DNA of 64,000 nucleotides from an uncultured Candidatus Rokubacteria bacterium. Its GTDB lineage: Bacteria; Methylomirabilota; Methylomirabilia; Rokubacteriales; CSP1-6. The notes beneath the pieces are model-generated. The model had not been told where the DNA came from. It did no database searches and worked only from the letters and a program-made list of their open reading frames with translations. Positions 59,715-64,000 of this stretch are shown here, piece by piece. Each line of letters opens with the position of its first letter. Within the stretch, counting starts at the first letter, position 1. The DNA is taken from contig CAVWFS010000009.1 in assembly GCA_963754315.1 (NCBI GenBank), forward strand, positions 64,001-128,000, read 5' to 3'. The position numbers and the translations under genes are program-made.

Positions 59715-60929
59715 CTACGCGGGTGCGGGCACGCTCAGCGCCCTGACGGCGCCGGCGATGGCTCGGGCGATCTGGGTGTCGGGCAGGGGGACGTCCGCTT
59801 CGAGGATCCTCCTTGCGTCGCACTCTGGCAACGCGGCGAGCCGGCGCTGGGCGCGCCGGCGGAGGATGTCACCGATCAGGTGGGCGAGTTCGGCGAGAAT
59901 CGCGACGGCGGCGCCCGCGCGTTCCTCGTGCGAGGCCGCGGCCTGCCGTGAGCGCACCGCCGGTAGGAGGCGATTCGAAACGCATAACCGGTCGTTGTCG
60001 AGGGAGACCAGATCCCGCGCAAGCGGAGCCCACTGGAGCTTCAGTCCTGCGGCTTCCTCCATGATAAGGGGACCGAGCACCGGGAGACTCCGTGCTGCCA
60101 CCACGGCGGCCAGGCCCGTGAGGAGGCCAGGAGGAGCGGGAAGCATTTGCATCGAGGGCGGCTCCACCGGGAGCACGACGGGATCGTCGTGCGCGTCGAT
60201 GCGCAGGTGATCCTCGACGGGATCCTCGAACGCCCACAGCGAGCAGATGACACTCTGGCCGCTGTCGCGGAGACGACCTGCCGTGTGCCGGCGCACGCCC
60301 TGCCAGTCCGCACGGTAATAGGAGCGTCCCTCCCACGTGACTTTCTCGATTCTTTCGCGGCGCTGGATCCAGACTCCGGCCGCAGTCAACTCGCGCTCGC
60401 AGGGCGCGGGTCTCCACATCAGACCTGCTGCCCTGAAGGCCTGGAGGGGGTCGCTGCCGCCCCCTTCGTAATGGAAAGACTCGAGCAGCGCGAGGAAGAG
60501 CTCCTCGCTCGGGTAGGGGCCCTGGTATGCAACCGGCCCGCATCGCTGATCGGTCGCCAGCCCTGCCAGGAGGTTGAGGACGGCCGTACCCACTCCGGGG
60601 GGAAGCCGCGACGGCTCCGCGAGGGGAGGAATGGAGGCAATCCGCGCGTAGTCGGTGGCTCTGAAGACGGTGAGGGGGGTCCCGTGGTGCCAAAGGCGGT
60701 CCGAGAGCCCCCAGGGGGCATCAGAGGTCGCGCGCGGTTCGATGGTGATCCAGGAGCCATCCCCGATCCGCACCGAGGCGCTCACCAACGTGTCGTCGCG
60801 CCAGGCGAAGCGGGCGAGGTCGTGGCCGTGTCGATCACGTTCGAGTAGGCGCCGGCCGGACGCCGTGTAGGTGACCGCCGTTCCGTGCGGTAGCCCGACG
60901 ATTGTTCCCGGCGAGTCGGCCGTCTCCAC
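59715..60929 (-). CDS. Hypothetical protein (404 aa)
   Basis: Long ORF with plausible composition (YQGPYPSEELFLALLESF); TATCAT 7 nt before GTG. Confidence 0.7.
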   Translation of the reverse strand: METADSPGTIVGLPHGTAVTYTASGRRLLERDRHGHDLARFAWRDDTLVSASVRIGDGSWITIEPRATSDAPWGLSDRLWHHGTPLTVFRATDYARIASIPPLAEPSRLPPGVGTAVLNLLAGLATDQRCGPVAYQGPYPSEELFLALLESFHYEGGGSDPLQAFRAAGLMWRPAPCERELTAAGVWIQRRERIEKVTWEGRSYYRADWQGVRRHTAGRLRDSGQSVICSLWAFEDPVEDHLRIDAHDDPVVLPVEPPSMQMLPAPPGLLTGLAAVVAARSLPVLGPLIMEEAAGLKLQWAPLARDLVSLDNDRLCVSNRLLPAVRSRQAAASHEERAGAAVAILAELAHLIGDILRRRAQRRLAALPECDARRILEADVPLPDTQIARAIAGAVRALSVPAPA

Positions 60930-60986
60930 CGCCTCGATGATACAATGCGCCGGACTCATGGGACCGGTTCGTCCGCGAAGACGCGC

Positions 60987-62396
60987 ATGATTACCGACGA
61001 CACGCTCTGGTGCTCCGCGCTGGAGCTGGCCGCGCTGATCCGGACCAAACAGGTGTCGCCCGTCGAGATTACCGAACGCGTGCTCGAGCGCATCGGACTG
61101 CTCAACCCGCGCCTCAACGCTTTTTGCCATGTAGCCGCGGACACGGCCCGTGACGCTGCCCGGGAGGCCGAGATCGCCGTGCTCAAGGGCGAACCGCTCG
61201 GGCCCCTGCACGGCGTACCGTTCTCCGTGAAGGACGTGCTCGACACGCGCGGGATCGCAACGACCTACGGCTCGCGCCTCTTTGCGGACAGTGTTCCCGA
61301 GCACGATTCGGTGGCGGTGGCGCGGCTGCGGGCCGGCCGCGCCGTCATCCTCGGCAAGACCACGACCTCGGAGTTCGGGCACAAGGCCATCACGGAGAGC
61401 CCGCTCTTCGGGGTGACCCGCAATCCGTGGAACCTCGACTGCACCCCCGGAGGATCATCCGGAGGCGCAGCGGCGGCGGTGGCAAGCGGTCTCGGCCCCA
61501 TCGCCCTCGGCACCGACGGTGGTGGCTCCGTTCGCATCCCGGCCGCGTTCTGCGCGGTGTTCGGGTTCAAGCCCTCGTTTGGGCGTGTCCCCACCCATCC
61601 AGGGTCGCTCGGCTGGAGCCACGTCGATCACGTGGGCCCGCTGACCCGCACCGTGCGCGACGCGGCGGCCGTGCTCGACGTCATCGCCGGTGACGACGAT
61701 CGCGATCGTCTGTCTCTGCCCACCGACTCCGCGTCCTACCTGGAGGCATGTGACGACGGCATCAAGGGGTTGCACGTCGCCTGGAGTCCGGATCTCGGAT
61801 ACGCCACCGTGTCCCCGGACGTGCGCTCGCTCTGCGAGAACGCCGCGGCCGAGTTCGAGGGGCTCGGCTGCCACGTCGAGGTGGTGAGCCCGGGCTGGGA
61901 GAATCCGGAGGGGCCCTTCGGCACCTTGGTCGCCGCGCAATTCTATGCTGCCTGGTCGGATCGGCTGCCGGCCGCGGAGTCCCTCATGGACGCCACCTTG
62001 GTGAAGTTCATCCGGCGTGGAGGTGGGATCAGCGCGCGTGAGTACCTGCTGGCGTGCGCCGCGGCCGAGGCGTACTGGCAAGAAGTGCGGACGTTCCTCG
62101 AGCGCTTCGATCTGCTCCTCACGCCCACGGTGGCGGTAGCCGCCTTCGGCGCCGGGCAGTCACCGCCGCGCGAGATTGAGGGAGAGGCTGTGTCCGTTCT
62201 CGGGTGGATGCCCTTCACGTATCCGTTCAACCTCACCGGCCAGCCGGCAGCCAGCGTGCCTGTCGGGTTCACGGACTCGGGGCTGCCGGTCGGGTTGCAG
62301 ATCGTGGGACGACGTCACGCCGACCGCACCGTCCTCGCTGCGGCACGGGCCTACGAGACGGCGTGCCCTTGGATCGATCGTTGTCCTCCGCTCTGA
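60987..62396 (+). CDS. Amidase signature family protein
   Basis: LHGVPFSVKD, PGGSSGG, GTDGGGSVRIPA and GLPVGLQIVG motifs. Confidence 0.93.
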   Translation: MITDDTLWCSALELAALIRTKQVSPVEITERVLERIGLLNPRLNAFCHVAADTARDAAREAEIAVLKGEPLGPLHGVPFSVKDVLDTRGIATTYGSRLFADSVPEHDSVAVARLRAGRAVILGKTTTSEFGHKAITESPLFGVTRNPWNLDCTPGGSSGGAAAAVASGLGPIALGTDGGGSVRIPAAFCAVFGFKPSFGRVPTHPGSLGWSHVDHVGPLTRTVRDAAAVLDVIAGDDDRDRLSLPTDSASYLEACDDGIKGLHVAWSPDLGYATVSPDVRSLCENAAAEFEGLGCHVEVVSPGWENPEGPFGTLVAAQFYAAWSDRLPAAESLMDATLVKFIRRGGGISAREYLLACAAAEAYWQEVRTFLERFDLLLTPTVAVAAFGAGQSPPREIEGEAVSVLGWMPFTYPFNLTGQPAASVPVGFTDSGLPVGLQIVGRRHADRTVLAAARAYETACPWIDRCPPL

Positions 62397-62421
62397 TTCG
62401 TTCCCGGGAGGCGCCGCAGTT

Positions 62422-63126
62422 CTGAAGGACCGCAGGCGCTGGGCAATTCTCGTCCTCGCGCTCGCCGCCCTGGTGGCCATCGTCGGCTATCTCATCGTCA
62501 CCGACTCGGCGATTGTCCGCTTCATCGTCCGCCTGTACAGCGACAAGCACTATCTGAAGAATCTGGTGGCCTCCTGGGGATGGATGGCGCCGCTGGTCTT
62601 CGTCGGCATCCAGGCCATGCAGGTCATCATCTCGCCCATCCCCGGCGAGATGACGGGACCGGTGGGCGGGGCCCTCTTCGGTACCCTGTGGGGAGGCATC
62701 TACTCGACCATCGGTCTCACCGTGGGCACGCTCATCTGCTTCGGCGCCGGGCGCAAGTGGGGGGAGCCGCTCGTCCGACCGTGGTTGAGCGAGCACCACT
62801 GGAACAAGATGAACTTCATCCTGGAAGCCGAAGGGGCCATCCTCTGTTTCATCCTCTATCTCATTCCCGGCTTTCCCAAGGACATCATTTCCTACCTGTT
62901 CGGCATCAGCCCCATGCCCTTCTGGCTGTTCGCGGTGGTGTCCACCGCCGCCCGCATCCCCGGCACCATCATCGCCTCCTACTTCGGCGCCCACGTCGCC
63001 GAGCAGCAGTACATTTACGCGCTCGTGTTCATCGCCGTGATCACCGCCCTCTGCCTGCCGCTCTACTACTACCGGGACCGCATCATCGGGCGGTTCCACG
63101 GCAGGAGACCGCGCCGCGAAGCTTGA
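62422..63126 (+). CDS. TVP38/TMEM64 (VTT/DedA) membrane protein; probable CTG start
   Basis: QVIISPIPGE, GGALFG, LYLIPGFPKD and RIPG motifs; GGAGG RBS. Confidence 0.85.
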   Translation: MKDRRRWAILVLALAALVAIVGYLIVTDSAIVRFIVRLYSDKHYLKNLVASWGWMAPLVFVGIQAMQVIISPIPGEMTGPVGGALFGTLWGGIYSTIGLTVGTLICFGAGRKWGEPLVRPWLSEHHWNKMNFILEAEGAILCFILYLIPGFPKDIISYLFGISPMPFWLFAVVSTAARIPGTIIASYFGAHVAEQQYIYALVFIAVITALCLPLYYYRDRIIGRFHGRRPRREA

Positions 63127-63152
63127 CGCCGGGCGCGCTCGTCCCGTACACT
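63123..63152 (+). promoter_or_regulatory. Sigma70-type promoter of the aroF leader
   Basis: TTGACG-18 nt-TACACT; GTG/ATG 6-9 nt downstream. Confidence 0.75.
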
Positions 63153-63161
63153 GCGGCCGTG

Positions 63162-63242
63162 ATGGGCACGCTTCGACACGCGTCCAGGGCCGCCGCCGCA
63201 TTCTCTTACTTTTACTTTCCGAGGTCTGCCCACTGGCCCTGA
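63162..63242 (+). CDS. Aromatic-amino-acid attenuator leader peptide (26 aa)
   Basis: MGTLRHASRAAAAFSYFYFPRSAHWP*; FSYFYF cluster plus W; directly upstream of DAHP synthase. Confidence 0.85.
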   Translation: MGTLRHASRAAAAFSYFYFPRSAHWP

Positions 63243-63297
63243 CCTGACGTCGGGCGCCGCGGGCAGATCGACCCCGCGGCGCTGGTAACGCTCCCAC

Positions 63298-63324
63298 GCC
63301 GCGGGCTCCCGCGGCATTTTTTTT
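63298..63324 (+). terminator. Intrinsic terminator of the attenuator
   Basis: GCCGCGG-GCTC-CCGCGGC followed by A and T8. Confidence 0.88.
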
Positions 63325-63369
63325 CAATGCGAATGGAGCGAGCGCCGGGAGGCGTAGGGAGACAGGTCC

Positions 63370-64000
63370 ATGATCATCGTGCTGAGGTCGGGTTCGACGG
63401 ATGCAGAGGTGGCAGAGGTGTGTCAGCGCATCGTGGCCATGGGCTACACGCCCCACACCATTCGCGGTGAGGTCCGAACGGTCATCGGAGCGGTGGGAGA
63501 CGACCGCGGCAAAGAGCGGCTTCGCGCGCTGGAGTCGATCGAATGTGTGGAGTCCGTCACCCCGATCCTGCAACCGTTCAAGCTGGCCAGCCGCGAGGTG
63601 CGGCGGGCGAACACCACGATCCAGGTGGGGGAGGTCACGATTGGAGGGCGAGGCCTTGTCGTGATGGCGGGGCCATGCTCGGTGGAGTCGCGGGCGCAGG
63701 TCCTGGACGTGGCCGCAAAGGTCAAGGCGGCCGGGGCCAACGTGCTGCGGGGCGGAGCGTTCAAGCCGCGCACGTCTCCCTACTCCTTCCAGGGGCTCGA
63801 GGAGGAAGGGCTCAAGTTGCTCGACGAAGCCCGGCGCGAGACGGGCCTGCCCGTGGTCACGGAGGTGATGGAGACCGAAAAGGTCGAGGTCGTGGCCGAG
63901 CATTCAGACATCTTGCAGATCGGCGCCCGCAACGTGCAGAACTTCTCGCTGCTCAAGCGCGTGGCCGAGACGCGCCGACCCGTCCTCCTCAAGCGCGGGA
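63370..64000 (+). CDS. aroF: DAHP synthase type I-beta with N-terminal regulatory domain; 3' partial
   Basis: [42 protein letters not shown] and PVLLKRG motifs. Confidence 0.95.
   Translation, partial: MIIVLRSGSTDAEVAEVCQRIVAMGYTPHTIRGEVRTVIGAVGDDRGKERLRALESIECVESVTPILQPFKLASREVRRANTTIQVGEVTIGGRGLVVMAGPCSVESRAQVLDVAAKVKAAGANVLRGGAFKPRTSPYSFQGLEEEGLKLLDEARRETGLPVVTEVMETEKVEVVAEHSDILQIGARNVQNFSLLKRVAETRRPVLLKRG

Noticed and set aside
229..63992. Many long overlapping or antisense ORFs (e.g. 229-1380, 31771-33240, 55686-57200, 58492-60210, 62269-63903)
   Set aside because: Arg/Pro/Gly-rich shadow frames expected at high GC; no motifs, and each overlaps a well-supported gene

Overview
This is a GC-rich (roughly 68-70% by eye) bacterial chromosomal window. 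Its gene families (ABC_sub_bind paralogs, double-zinc-ribbon adenylate-cyclase/TPR remnants, several LLM oxidoreductases, GGGCCTCGAAA hairpin repeats) suggest Candidatus Rokubacteria (Methylomirabilota); that assignment is inference. Most of the window is catabolic enzymes and transporters (ABC, TRAP). A tRNA-Glu(TTC) at 25961 is followed by a degraded tyrosine integrase and a patchy accessory region full of gene fragments (~26-43 kb). The ORF track misses or misreads several signals: (1) a GrdB/PrdB-family selenoprotein with an in-frame UGA in a U-x-x-C motif and a SECIS-like hairpin (9617-10811); (2) a Phe/Tyr/Trp leader peptide with a multi-hairpin attenuator in front of DAHP synthase (63123-63324); (3) an NHLP-leader-like small protein, a cNMP-binding protein and an RRE/PqqD-M50 protein whose HExxH reads HQxxH (57488-59470); (4) a six-gene cluster that looks like an inositol-lipid module extended by a dehydrogenase and an aminotransferase (18659-24447); (5) a secreted 16-cysteine thaumatin-like protein coupled to a 7-repeat propeller protein; (6) a double-glycine-leader small peptide with an Hcp-like C-terminus. 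Many otherwise intact genes carry single-base frameshifts, probably long-read indel errors, so pseudogene calls are tentative. All calls come from motif recognition by eye; no searches were run.
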